This document shows, in pieces, positions 1 through 9,974 of a stretch of 44,773 nucleotides of DNA. The stretch is from contig JBHLNF010000008.1 in assembly GCA_048937405.1 (NCBI GenBank), positions 180,825-225,597 on the forward strand, written 5' to 3'. This stretch comes from Promethearchaeota archaeon (GTDB taxonomy: Archaea; Asgardarchaeota; Lokiarchaeia; Sigyniarchaeales; SOKP01). How positions within the stretch are numbered: position 1 is the first letter of the stretch; the number at the start of each line of letters is the position of its first letter. The notes under the pieces were generated by a model. It ran no database searches, was not told where the DNA came from, and saw only the letters and a program-made list of their open reading frames with translations. The position numbers and the translations under genes are program-made.

Positions 1-75
1 GATGAAGATTGGGATGAAGATGACGATTGGGATAATGATGGTGATTGGGAAGATGATAATTTAGATGATTATTAG
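1..75 (+). CDS. 3' end of an upstream gene, acidic Asp/Trp-rich C-terminal tail (partial)
   Basis: Frame 1 reads DEDWDEDDDWDNDGDWEDDNLDDY then TAG at 73-75, and is open to the window edge. Confidence 0.7.
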   Translation, partial: DEDWDEDDDWDNDGDWEDDNLDDY

Positions 76-172
76 ATTCTAAAGTTATGGCACATTAAAT
101 TAATACTATTTTTGACTATCTTAAACTAATTTACTTTGAATAAAAATATAAATTTGCTAATTATTTTTTGAA

Positions 173-2263
173 TTACCATTTTCCATTAAGAAATTCAATT
201 ATTTTTAAAGGATCTGAAGTTGGAGGTTTACAAGTTTTATTTATACATACATAAGCAGTCGACTTTCCCTCTAGATCATAAAAAAATTCAACAAAACTAG
301 AATAATTATCAATATCAGGAATATCTTGTTCTGTCCTTCTTAAAATGAACACTTTATTAGGAATATATTCATTTGAAATAATATCTATTACTTTTTTTGT
401 ATCCTCCGCATCTGAATCACCTGCTACGACTAAGGAATAAGTTGGTCCAATAGCAAAATCAATAGCAACTAAGAATTGAGTATATGCAAGAGGATTTGCT
501 TTCACTTTTTCGGCAAATACACTACTTAAAATTTCTGCTTTTTCTTCTAATTCATGGTCTCCTGTAATGTAACTCAATCTTAACAAATTTAACATAGCAA
601 TAGAGTTACCAGATGGTATAGCACCATCATAGATTTCTTTTTGTCTAGTTAACAACCTTTTACTCGTTTTTGAAGTAAAATAAAAACCACCAATGAATTC
701 ATCCCAAAAATCCTCAACTTGTATTTTATGCAATTCTAAAGCGGTTTTTAAATAAAAAGTATTAAAAGTAGTTTCATATAATTCTATAAGGCCCCAAATG
801 AAAAAAACATAATCATCTAAATAACCCTCTATTTCTGATGTTCCATCCTTATATCTATGTAAAATTCTACCATTTGCTTCACGAAGATGAGAAAGTAAAA
901 AGCTGACTGTATTTTTTGCAATTTTTAAATACTCAATTTCTTGAAATGCTTTACCAGCTTTAGCTAGCGCAACAATCATTAGTCCATTCCAATCTGTTAA
1001 AATTTTATCATCCTTATGAGGGTGAATCCGCTTTTCTCTAAAATTAAATAACCTCCTTCGAATATTCCTTATTTTTTTTTCAACTTCTCCATCAGGGAAA
1101 CTTTTAAGATGGAATATATTTCTCCCATTTTTTTTACCGATAGATTCTTCTAAGAAATTGCCAGTTTGTTCAATATTAAAAATCCTAGTAACTAACTCTA
1201 ATTCCTCCTTTCCCAGAATATTTTCTAATTCCTTTTGTGACCATAGGTAAAATTTACCCTCTTCGCCTTCACTATCTGCATCTTCCGCTGAATAAAATCC
1301 TCCTTCCGATGATATCATATCTCTTAGAACATACTCTAATATTTCCTGAGCAGTTCTTTTATAAATAGTTTTTTTAGTAGCTTGATAAGTTTCAATATAA
1401 GCTATTGCGATTAAAGCTTGATCATAGAGCATTTTCTCAAAATGAGGAACAAGCCATTTTGAATCTGTAGAATATCTATGAAATCCAAATCCAATGTGAT
1501 CGTATATACCTCCTTTTCTCATTTCTAGAAGAGTATTTTCAACCATTTCTAATGCTTTTTTATTATTTGTGCGCTTCCAATATCGCAATAAAAATATAAG
1601 ATTATGAGGTGTAGGGAACTTTGGTCGACTTCCAAATCCCGAGTGAATAGAATCATATTGTGCTAATAATTGCTGGAATGATTTATTAAGATGAGTTTCA
1701 GAAAGTTTTTCTCCAGGTGATTCTTGATCAATATTTTGAAGCCTAAAAGTAATCTTTTCCGCAGAATTAATTAACTCGGATCTTTGATTGATCCATAATT
1801 CTTTAATACGTTTAATTAGATCTATTAGTCCTATTCGCCCAAATCGAGTTTTTTTCGAGAAATATGTTCCAGCAAAGAATGGTTTCTTATCAGGGGTCAT
1901 GATAATCGTAAGTGGCCACCCTCCTGAACCAGTCATCAATTGACATATAGTCATATAAATTTTATCTATATCTGGGCGTTCTTCTCTATCAACTTTAATT
2001 GAAACAAATATTTCATTCATCAATTCTGCAATATCTTCATCTTCAAACGATTCGTGTGCCATAACATGGCACCAATGACAGGTTGAGTACCCTATCGATA
2101 AAAATATTGGTTTTTTTTCTTTTTGAGCTTTATTAAAAGCTTCTTCTCCCCATGGATACCAATCCACGGGATTTTTTGCGTGCTGAATTAAATAGGGACT
2201 TTTTTCATTAGATAAATGATTTTTATATATTTTTAATTGTTCATTATTCATTTTATTTCTCAA
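173..2263 (-). CDS. Thioredoxin-domain protein, YyaL/SPATA20 (DUF255) family
   Basis: Motifs [51 protein letters not shown] and [11 protein letters not shown] are characteristic of the family. Confidence 0.93.
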   Translation of the reverse strand: MRNKMNNEQLKIYKNHLSNEKSPYLIQHAKNPVDWYPWGEEAFNKAQKEKKPIFLSIGYSTCHWCHVMAHESFEDEDIAELMNEIFVSIKVDREERPDIDKIYMTICQLMTGSGGWPLTIIMTPDKKPFFAGTYFSKKTRFGRIGLIDLIKRIKELWINQRSELINSAEKITFRLQNIDQESPGEKLSETHLNKSFQQLLAQYDSIHSGFGSRPKFPTPHNLIFLLRYWKRTNNKKALEMVENTLLEMRKGGIYDHIGFGFHRYSTDSKWLVPHFEKMLYDQALIAIAYIETYQATKKTIYKRTAQEILEYVLRDMISSEGGFYSAEDADSEGEEGKFYLWSQKELENILGKEELELVTRIFNIEQTGNFLEESIGKKNGRNIFHLKSFPDGEVEKKIRNIRRRLFNFREKRIHPHKDDKILTDWNGLMIVALAKAGKAFQEIEYLKIAKNTVSFLLSHLREANGRILHRYKDGTSEIEGYLDDYVFFIWGLIELYETTFNTFYLKTALELHKIQVEDFWDEFIGGFYFTSKTSKRLLTRQKEIYDGAIPSGNSIAMLNLLRLSYITGDHELEEKAEILSSVFAEKVKANPLAYTQFLVAIDFAIGPTYSLVVAGDSDAEDTKKVIDIISNEYIPNKVFILRRTEQDIPDIDNYSSFVEFFYDLEGKSTAYVCINKTCKPPTSDPLKIIEFLNGKW

Positions 2264-2264
2264 T

Positions 2265-2834
2265 TTATTCTAAAAACTTGTTATTATAAGTGTTTATAAA
2301 TACAAAATCTCTTATATTTTTCCTTGGAGGTCGCTGTTTTTCTCCTAATTTCATTTTTTCAGAGAGAACAGGATTAACTATTTTGGAATGTTTACCAAAA
2401 ATTATAAGCGTAATTAATCTCATATCATCTGGAATTCTAAGAATTTTTTTAGCTTGATCTTCATTAAAGCCCGCTATTGGATGAGCGACCAATCCCAGTT
2501 CTGTTGCTCGTAATATAATAAACGCTGTAGCCATTCCACTATCGAATAAGTAATATAAACGATTATTAATTATACAATCATTTTCAGGTTTACTAAATAC
2601 AGCAGCAATCATAGACGCTTTTTCAACCCATTTATTCCCTTCTGATAAAGTTGAAAATAATCTTTTTAATTGTTTATTCTCTTTCACAAAAATGAATTTC
2701 CATGGTTGCTTATTTGCACAAGAAGGAGAAATTTGGGCTTTTTCCGCTAAATCTTTTATTAATTCATCTGAAACATCAAATGATTCAAGAGAACGATAAG
2801 CTCTCCTTTCTTTAATAGTTTCATTAACATTCAT
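2265..2834 (-). CDS. Nitroreductase family protein (FMN-dependent)
   Basis: N-terminal [17 protein letters not shown] and D-x-G-M-A...LRATELGL motifs; lies 1 nt from the yyaL-like gene, so likely co-transcribed. Confidence 0.9.
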   Translation of the reverse strand: MNVNETIKERRAYRSLESFDVSDELIKDLAEKAQISPSCANKQPWKFIFVKENKQLKRLFSTLSEGNKWVEKASMIAAVFSKPENDCIINNRLYYLFDSGMATAFIILRATELGLVAHPIAGFNEDQAKKILRIPDDMRLITLIIFGKHSKIVNPVLSEKMKLGEKQRPPRKNIRDFVFINTYNNKFLE

Positions 2835-2889
2835 TTTTTTAATCTTTTATTAATTTTAATATATTTAATAAAATATAATAGAAATAAAA

Positions 2890-3375
2890 CTAATTTATTA
2901 ATTCTTTTAAGACTTTCTCAACATCTTCAGGATGTCCTTTGACAGATACTTTAGGCCAAATATGTGCTATTTTCCCTTCAGGATCTATCAAAAAAGTGCT
3001 TCTAATAACACCTATATATTCTTTTCCTCTGAATTTATTCTTCCCCCATTTACCATATTTTTTGATTACCTTTTTTTCAACATCACTCAAGAGAATAACT
3101 TTTAGATTCTTCTTTTCAATAAATTTTGCGTGAGATTCAGGTGTGTCTGGACTAATGCCAATAACTACGGCATCTAATTTTTGTAGCGCCGGTAATATTC
3201 CTGTGAACCCAATAGCTTCGGTAGTGCATCCTGGAGTGTTATCTTTTGGGTAAAAATATAATATAACATACTTTCCTTTAAAATCCTTTAAAGTAATTTG
3301 TTTTTTATCTTTATCTGGAAGACTAAATTCAGGAGCATTATTTCCTACTTCTAATTCATATACTTGTTGTGCCAT
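2890..3375 (-). CDS. bcp: Peroxiredoxin, BCP/PrxQ subfamily
   Basis: YFYPKDNTPGCTTEA peroxidatic motif, plus GISPD and RSTFLIDPEG. Confidence 0.93.
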   Translation of the reverse strand: MAQQVYELEVGNNAPEFSLPDKDKKQITLKDFKGKYVILYFYPKDNTPGCTTEAIGFTGILPALQKLDAVVIGISPDTPESHAKFIEKKNLKVILLSDVEKKVIKKYGKWGKNKFRGKEYIGVIRSTFLIDPEGKIAHIWPKVSVKGHPEDVEKVLKELIN

Positions 3376-3593
3376 TTTTTATACAACTTATTTATTTTTT
3401 GATTTTTTGGTCGTAAATTATTATTATTAGATATTTTTTTGAAATTATCAATATAAGGATTATAATGTATTAGATTTCTATAAAAGTAGTTTAATAATTT
3501 AATCTTCAAAAAGATTTAAATTAATAAATTATAAAACCAAGTGATAGATTACTATTTATGAATAGCTTTTACCAAAGTAAAGGAGATAATAAG

Positions 3594-4019
3594 TTGAGCG
3601 AAAAACTAAATGAATTTACTGTTGTTGAAGAGATACCCGTTCGATGGGGAGATATGGATGCTAGAGGGCATGTAAATAATACCATCTATTATCGTTATTT
3701 TGAAAGTACTCGGATTGCCTTATTTCGATTCTTCGATATTTATGAAGAACCTACAGCAGTTCTTATAGGACCTATCTTATCATATCAAGCCTGTTATTAT
3801 AAAGCACCATTAACTTATCCTGATACCCTTTATGTAGGAGCAAAAATAACTAACGTTGAAGGATCAAGGATAAAAATAAAGCATTCAATATTTAGTGAGA
3901 AATTAAATAAAATTGCTGCTGAAGGAGAAGCTCACATTATTTGGTATGACTATGAAAACAAACAAAAAGCTAAAATTTCAGAAGACCTAAAGGAAAAACT
4001 ATTGGAAACTAAAAAATAA
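3594..4019 (+). CDS. Acyl-CoA thioesterase, 4HBT/hotdog fold
   Basis: VRWGDMDARGHVNNTIYYRYFE motif. Start placed at the in-frame TTG at 3594 after a GGAG element; the ORF track starts at ATG 3558. Confidence 0.88.
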   Translation: MSEKLNEFTVVEEIPVRWGDMDARGHVNNTIYYRYFESTRIALFRFFDIYEEPTAVLIGPILSYQACYYKAPLTYPDTLYVGAKITNVEGSRIKIKHSIFSEKLNKIAAEGEAHIIWYDYENKQKAKISEDLKEKLLETKK

Positions 4020-4147
4020 AGTTAAATTATTAAAAGTTAACCAAAACTCAATAAGAAAGAAAATTTTATCGAACAACTTTTTTTAATTAATTATATATTA
4101 GATGAAAAAATAATACTATAGGGTAAAAAATATTGATTTGAAAAATT

Positions 4148-5122
4148 ATGATTAAAACTAAAGTTACTGAAATGTTGGGATGTAAATATCCTATAATCGT
4201 TGGAACTATGGCTAATATTACTAATCCTGAATTTGTTGCTGCGTGTAGTAATGCAGGTTCCTGTGCTGTGTTAGCCAGTGCGAACTATAAATCTCCTGAA
4301 GAATTACGTGAAGCAATTAGAAAAACACAATCATTAACCACTCAACCTTTCGCAGTAAATATAAATTTATTTCCTGCCCTCATGCCACAAGAAAAATTAG
4401 AGGATTATGTTGACGCTACATTAGATGAAGGAGCAAAAATTATAGAAACAAGTGGTCATAAGGCTCCAGAACATTTAGTCCCTAAATTTAAAGATAGTGA
4501 CGTTATATGGATTCATAAATGTGCAGGTGTCAAATATGCTATAAAGGGAGCTTCTTTAGGAGCAGATATGATAACAGTTGTGGGTTATGAAAATGGGGGA
4601 GCAACAGGGATTTTGGATATTGGTACTCTTGTAATGGTACCAAGTGTAGTAGATGCCTTGAATATCCCTGTTATAGCAGGTGGGGGTGTTTCAGATGGTA
4701 GAGGAGTTGCAGCTATTTTAGCACTTGGTGCAGAGGGTGTTATTATGGGAACAAGGATGATGGCAACAAAAGAATGCCCTATCCATGATAATTTAAAACA
4801 AGCGCTAGTACAAGCAAGCGAAACAGATACTTCATTAGTTATGCGTTCTATTCGTAATACTCATAGAGTATGGAGGAATAAAGCTGCTGAGACCATTATT
4901 GAACTAGAGTCAAAAAAGGCACCTCTCGAAGATATTGTACAAGTAGCTTCTGGTCAAAATGCTTTAAAAATGTATAGAGAAGGAGATATTGACGCAGGAA
5001 TGGTAAGTTGTGGTCAAGGTGTAGGAATAGTAAAAGATATCCCTTCTGTGAAAGATTTATTAGATCGAATAATGAAAGAAGCTGAAAAGATAATTTCAAA
5101 ACTTAATAATTTATCCAAATAA
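4148..5122 (+). CDS. Nitronate monooxygenase / FabK-like FMN-dependent enoyl reductase family protein
   Basis: KYPIIVGTM, PFAVNI, IPVIAGGGVSDGRG, LALGAEGVIMGTR and CGQGVG motifs. Confidence 0.88.
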   Translation: MIKTKVTEMLGCKYPIIVGTMANITNPEFVAACSNAGSCAVLASANYKSPEELREAIRKTQSLTTQPFAVNINLFPALMPQEKLEDYVDATLDEGAKIIETSGHKAPEHLVPKFKDSDVIWIHKCAGVKYAIKGASLGADMITVVGYENGGATGILDIGTLVMVPSVVDALNIPVIAGGGVSDGRGVAAILALGAEGVIMGTRMMATKECPIHDNLKQALVQASETDTSLVMRSIRNTHRVWRNKAAETIIELESKKAPLEDIVQVASGQNALKMYREGDIDAGMVSCGQGVGIVKDIPSVKDLLDRIMKEAEKIISKLNNLSK

Positions 5123-5207
5123 TTTCTAATTTTAAGTTTTGATCTAATTTGAATAAAAGATATAAAAATAAAAAATATCAAATTGATTATAGTAGAGGTG
5201 AAAGAAT

Positions 5208-6707
5208 ATGGAAGTAATGGCCATAATTGAATCAAAATCTGGAAAAGTTCAAGGATATACAGACAATGGTGTAGAAATATTTAAAGGAATTCCTTATGCT
5301 GAACCTCCAATCGGTGATTTGCGATTTAAACCACCAATTCCAAAAAAAACGTGGGATGGTGTGTTTGATGCTAAAAAATATGGGGCATGTGCGTTTCAAG
5401 GATATACACCTTTAGAAGAGTGGTGGGGTAAACTTGAACCAGAAAGTGAAGATTGCTTAACACTTAATATATGGACACCATCAGCAGATAATGGAAAACG
5501 CCCTGTTATGGTTTGGATCCATGGTGGATCATTTATAATAGGAAGTGGTAAAGATGCTTTTTATGAAGGATCAAAGTTAGCTAATCGCGGAAACGTGGTA
5601 GTTGTAACTATAAATTATCGTCTCGGCGCTTTCGGTTATTTGTATATCCCGGGAGTTACTGCAAATGTTGGACAATTTGATCAAATTGCTGCTCTGAAAT
5701 GGATAAGAGATAATATTGAAGCATTTGGTGGAGACCCTAATAATGTTACTATATTTGGAGAGAGTGCTGGGGCTTATGCTGTCACTACATTACCAACAAT
5801 GCCTGCTGCTAAAGGATTATTTCACCGTGTAATTGCTCAAAGTACCCCTGCTTTTAATCCAGAAATAAGTGAGAAAAGTACAAAGGGTTTAATGCGATTA
5901 TTGAAACTTAAAAGGGGAGATATTGATACATTACGCAAAATACCACCTGAAAAAATTATTGAAGCACAGAACACATATATGGCTAAAAATCCTACAGATC
6001 TTCTTGCGTTTAGACCTTTAATTGATGGGGATACAATTCCTAAGCATCCTTTAAAAGCTTTCCAAAATGGAGAATGTAAAGATATTGATTTAATGATAGG
6101 TTCCAATCTAGATGAGGCAAAATTATTTACTGCACTTGATCCTAATATAAATAAGATGATGGAATCTGGAGCAGAAAATGCCCTAATTGGTTTTTTAACC
6201 ACATTTAGTATAGATAATATTAGAAGTAAGGAAATCATCGATATATATAAAAAAGCTCGTATGGGAAAACTTTCTAATGAACCAATAGAACTATTTAATG
6301 CACTTTTTACAGATATATCATTCCGTATTTCTACAATTCGTTTACTTGAAGCCCAAAGAAAACATCAACCTAATACATATAATTATCTATTTACTATGGA
6401 ATCCCCTAATAAAGCTTTAGGTTCTCCTCATATTATTGAAATACCATTTGTATTTAATACATTTGATGCTCCTAATGCAGAAGAATTTGCCGGGAAGGGC
6501 CCAGATGTTGAACAACTTAGTGAAAAAATAATGGATGCTTGGATTTCTTTTGCACATACTGGAAATCCTAATCATGATGATCTTCCTGAATGGCCTTCCT
6601 ACGATGTTAAGAACAGAGCAACAATGTTCTTAGGAAAAGAATGTAAAATAGTTAACAAAGCCTTTGATAAGGAAAGAGAGGCTTGGGAGGGCCTTTTAGA
6701 AGTTTAA
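5208..6707 (+). CDS. Type-B carboxylesterase (p-nitrobenzyl esterase-like)
   Basis: FKGIPYA, SEDCLTLNIW, WIHGGSF, the GESAG nucleophile elbow and a candidate catalytic His in GSPH; GAGGTGA element upstream. Confidence 0.93.
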   Translation: MEVMAIIESKSGKVQGYTDNGVEIFKGIPYAEPPIGDLRFKPPIPKKTWDGVFDAKKYGACAFQGYTPLEEWWGKLEPESEDCLTLNIWTPSADNGKRPVMVWIHGGSFIIGSGKDAFYEGSKLANRGNVVVVTINYRLGAFGYLYIPGVTANVGQFDQIAALKWIRDNIEAFGGDPNNVTIFGESAGAYAVTTLPTMPAAKGLFHRVIAQSTPAFNPEISEKSTKGLMRLLKLKRGDIDTLRKIPPEKIIEAQNTYMAKNPTDLLAFRPLIDGDTIPKHPLKAFQNGECKDIDLMIGSNLDEAKLFTALDPNINKMMESGAENALIGFLTTFSIDNIRSKEIIDIYKKARMGKLSNEPIELFNALFTDISFRISTIRLLEAQRKHQPNTYNYLFTMESPNKALGSPHIIEIPFVFNTFDAPNAEEFAGKGPDVEQLSEKIMDAWISFAHTGNPNHDDLPEWPSYDVKNRATMFLGKECKIVNKAFDKEREAWEGLLEV

Positions 6708-6767
6708 CTTTCCTGAATAATAAAAATAATTCTTTTTTTTAATTAATTTTAGATATCATAATGAGCT

Positions 6768-8255
6768 TTATGGATCATTTCTGAAAGGATGTCGTGCATT
6801 TTCCGCATTCTCAATTCCTTCTTCTATAGTTGGTAAACCTTCCATTGCTTTTCGAATTGCATTACGAGTTGCTTTATAATTGTTGATAAAGATTCTTTTT
6901 CTGGCACTTGCACTGGGATGTACAAAAACATTCACAATTATTACCAACTCATCAGCCAGTGCTTTTGGAAGAATTCCATCTTCAATACATTGCATAACTG
7001 CCTTAGCAATTGCTGCTTGAGCAGGTCCATATGTAAGGCTAGCATGACGGAGCGATATTGGACGTATTGTAGGAATCATGATAGTAGGCGGCTTAATTTG
7101 CATATTTGGTTCAAGTATAACTTGAAGTCCTTCGCGTCCTTCTTCTGGATTGGTTAAAGCTTGAGCATAAGCAGCACCAACAGGTCCATCTTTTTTTCCA
7201 ATTAATAGATCAATGTGAGCTAGCTCTGCTCGTTCTCCTACAAGAGATTCTCCAACTTTTAGTTCGAAATCAGTAATTTTTTTAGGCGTAATTCCTACAG
7301 CGTAAAAACGACCTGATAATGGTTTGTCTCCTAACTCAAATTGAATTTCTGATTTTTCAATCAATCCTAATTTTTCTAGTTCGACTCGCAATTCATCTTT
7401 AATTTCATAAGAAAGAGTATCTCCTAAAATTATAGGTTGACGAGTTTTTCCTACAGGCACTTTCATCATATTTAAACAAGATTTTACTCCTAAAGCACCT
7501 GAATTAATCAAAAGTCTAGCTAGTTTCTGTATTTTTTTTTGAAGGGTTTGTGCTTTTTCCAAACGATCATTTTTCACGTGATTATAAATTTCTAGCCAAA
7601 TATTTGGAATAACATTTGCAGATCCTAGAATACATCCTGCTGCACCCCCTGCTAAAGCACCCAAAACATTTTCATCCCATCCAATGAGAACTGAAATCTT
7701 ATCACTTACTTTTTCTAATAAAGCTGAAAAATATTTATAATCTCCACTTGAATCTTTAATGCCCACAATATTTTCGATATCTACAAGATCTTCAACAACC
7801 GTCCAAGGCAATTCTACTCCTGTACATACAGGTATATTATACAATATTATTGGAATATCGGTTTTTTCTGCTATTGTAAAATAATGATCATATAATCCTT
7901 TTGCTTTTGGCTTCAAAAAGTAAGGAGTAACAATTAAAACAGCATCTACTCCAATATTAGTTGCAGCTTTAGTATTATTAATTACTAATTTTGTACCAGT
8001 ATCGCCAGTTCCTGCGATGACTGGGACTCTACCATTTGTCTCATCTACAACAATTTCGATAACCTTTAATCTTTCTTCAAATGTCATATTTACAAATTCT
8101 CCTGTAGTTCCAACTGGAACCAATCCAGTGACTCCCTGATCTATTAAATAATTTACGAGATTTCTTATATTCTCTTCATTTATAGATTCATCCTTATTAA
8201 ATGGGGTTACCATAGCAGGCATAACTCCCGAAGGTCGAAAATTAAATTTAGACAT
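6768..8255 (-). CDS. Fusion of a DapA/DHDPS-family class I aldolase (N-terminal ~295 aa) and formaldehyde-activating enzyme Fae (C-terminal ~165 aa)
   Basis: N-terminal part has GTTGE, VPVIAGTG, LYNIP and GIKDSSG (Schiff-base Lys). C-terminal part has VGESLVG..AELAHIDLLIG..DGPVG, GPAQAAIAKAV, VFVHP, NYKAT..AIRKAM and HPF, all typical of Fae. Confidence 0.9.
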   Translation of the reverse strand: MSKFNFRPSGVMPAMVTPFNKDESINEENIRNLVNYLIDQGVTGLVPVGTTGEFVNMTFEERLKVIEIVVDETNGRVPVIAGTGDTGTKLVINNTKAATNIGVDAVLIVTPYFLKPKAKGLYDHYFTIAEKTDIPIILYNIPVCTGVELPWTVVEDLVDIENIVGIKDSSGDYKYFSALLEKVSDKISVLIGWDENVLGALAGGAAGCILGSANVIPNIWLEIYNHVKNDRLEKAQTLQKKIQKLARLLINSGALGVKSCLNMMKVPVGKTRQPIILGDTLSYEIKDELRVELEKLGLIEKSEIQFELGDKPLSGRFYAVGITPKKITDFELKVGESLVGERAELAHIDLLIGKKDGPVGAAYAQALTNPEEGREGLQVILEPNMQIKPPTIMIPTIRPISLRHASLTYGPAQAAIAKAVMQCIEDGILPKALADELVIIVNVFVHPSASARKRIFINNYKATRNAIRKAMEGLPTIEEGIENAENARHPFRNDP

Positions 8256-8261
8256 TGTTAA

Positions 8262-9548
8262 TTAACTCCTTTTATGTAAATTTTGTGCTGCAATAATATC
8301 AATACCATTTTCAATAAGTACTTTTGCAGTGGTATTAATAGCAACATACCTATCAAGAAGTCCTTGTCGCATGAAATCCCATTCTCCAGAATCAATTATT
8401 TCTTGTTTATCTCTAAAATAATCAAGAATATCGGTAGGGTGTTCTCTTGTCTGTTCTACGTCAATATTACCACCTTCATGTTTAGCACTGATATTTTTAA
8501 CCTTTTTAGCAATTTTAATTAACTCATTTCTTCGATCATAAGGTTGTCTTACTATACTTTTCCATGTTTCAACAATATGGTGCTCTAACCTAACAAGATC
8601 TTCAAAATTAAACGCTTTTCTAATATAAGCAGATAATTCAAGGGTCTCATTATTTACTGAATTTGAAAGATTAAATCCTATTAGTGGACTTGAACCATCT
8701 TCTCTAGCAAATAATTTAGCAGTCATCAGTGTCCATAGACATGAATATGGATTATCATTACCCATATATACTGAAATCTTAAATTCATTATTTATTCCTA
8801 GTTTATGAATAAAGTATCCAAGTAACACAGTTCCAGGATTGACATTTAGAACTTGCCTAATACCATAATTAGTGTAGTAATAAAGAAATTCATCAATCCA
8901 TCTTAATGCAAATTCATTAGGTTGTCCAACTCCGCCAAAATACCCAGTAATGGTGTCAGGTCCTCCTAAATGAATATTCACAGGCATACCATCGGGACCA
9001 GGGGCTGTTCCCTTTGTATCAAGAGTTTCAACATATGATGCTCCTATTATTTGCATAGCAGCAGTCATTGCTAAAAGATCTCCATCTTCTTCCTGTTCCT
9101 TCATTTTCCGTACTCGTATAATTCTTCCAGGTAGTAGGTTTTGCTCTTCAATAGCTGTTTTTGCCATATTTATTAAAAATGGAAAATATTGACAGGCAGA
9201 AAGTTCCAAAGTAATTGCAAAATCTTTATCAAATTCCACTTCTGAGACTTTATTTCCAAGAATCTTTCTTCTATAATCAGATATAGTTATAAAAGCATCA
9301 GAATCTCTCTTTTTGATTAACCATTCCAAATCTCTAACATATTCAGGTTTTTTTTTGGAAAGTTTGTTTAAAATAATATCTAACTTACTGGCTTCTTCAG
9401 CCTTTTTGTTGATCTCATCAATCCCACCATATTTTTCGATAATTTTGAATAAATTATTTATAAGAGGATTTTTTTCATCCAATAAAAAATCATTTATATT
9501 CTGTATAGCTTTCTCGCTTACTTTTAATTTCTTACTTAAATTTTTCAT
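8262..9548 (-). CDS. Uncharacterised soluble protein, probably co-transcribed with the aldolase-Fae fusion
   Basis: Long ORF with enzyme-like blocks (ETLDTKG, NIHLGGPDTITGYFGGVGQPN, EHHIVE, KHEGG). ATG at 9548 is the likelier start than 9605. Ends 6 nt before the next gene. Confidence 0.75.
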   Translation of the reverse strand: MKNLSKKLKVSEKAIQNINDFLLDEKNPLINNLFKIIEKYGGIDEINKKAEEASKLDIILNKLSKKKPEYVRDLEWLIKKRDSDAFITISDYRRKILGNKVSEVEFDKDFAITLELSACQYFPFLINMAKTAIEEQNLLPGRIIRVRKMKEQEEDGDLLAMTAAMQIIGASYVETLDTKGTAPGPDGMPVNIHLGGPDTITGYFGGVGQPNEFALRWIDEFLYYYTNYGIRQVLNVNPGTVLLGYFIHKLGINNEFKISVYMGNDNPYSCLWTLMTAKLFAREDGSSPLIGFNLSNSVNNETLELSAYIRKAFNFEDLVRLEHHIVETWKSIVRQPYDRRNELIKIAKKVKNISAKHEGGNIDVEQTREHPTDILDYFRDKQEIIDSGEWDFMRQGLLDRYVAINTTAKVLIENGIDIIAAQNLHKRS

Positions 9549-9974
9549 TTTTAGATTTTTCTTTATTCTTAATTTTGTAAAATTAATTGTAAAAATTAAA
9601 CCCAAAAGTACTTCATGGGCTAAATAAATAAATGAGATATTTCATAAATTTAATACTATTTGTCTATTATTATAAATTTTTCTAACACTTACATCAAAAT
9701 AATAGGTTTGTATTAATAAAATTAGATATTAAAAACTAAATATATTTTATTATTCTAAATAACATAAAATATTTATTCTGATAAATTATCATAAGGAATT
9801 AGGATTTAGCAATTGAAAAAGTATAGTAACTATGAATATGAGATATGTTCATTCATTTAATTTATATTTAGACTTTATTAGGAAACTTAACAAAAAATTT
9901 ACTCAGCGTTTTTATATTTTAAGTTTAAAATAAAAAAAAATAGTTATTATATAATTACTTTTAATTTATTACTT

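Noticed and set aside
6768-8255. Assigning the gene symbol dapA (lysine biosynthesis)
   Set aside because: The ASA-binding Arg position is Cys, the protein is fused to Fae and no other dap genes are nearby.
9832-9852. Imperfect inverted repeat ATGAATAT-N5-ATGTTCAT upstream of the aldolase-Fae operon
   Set aside because: One mismatch, very AT-rich, ~280 nt from the start and not seen elsewhere in the window.
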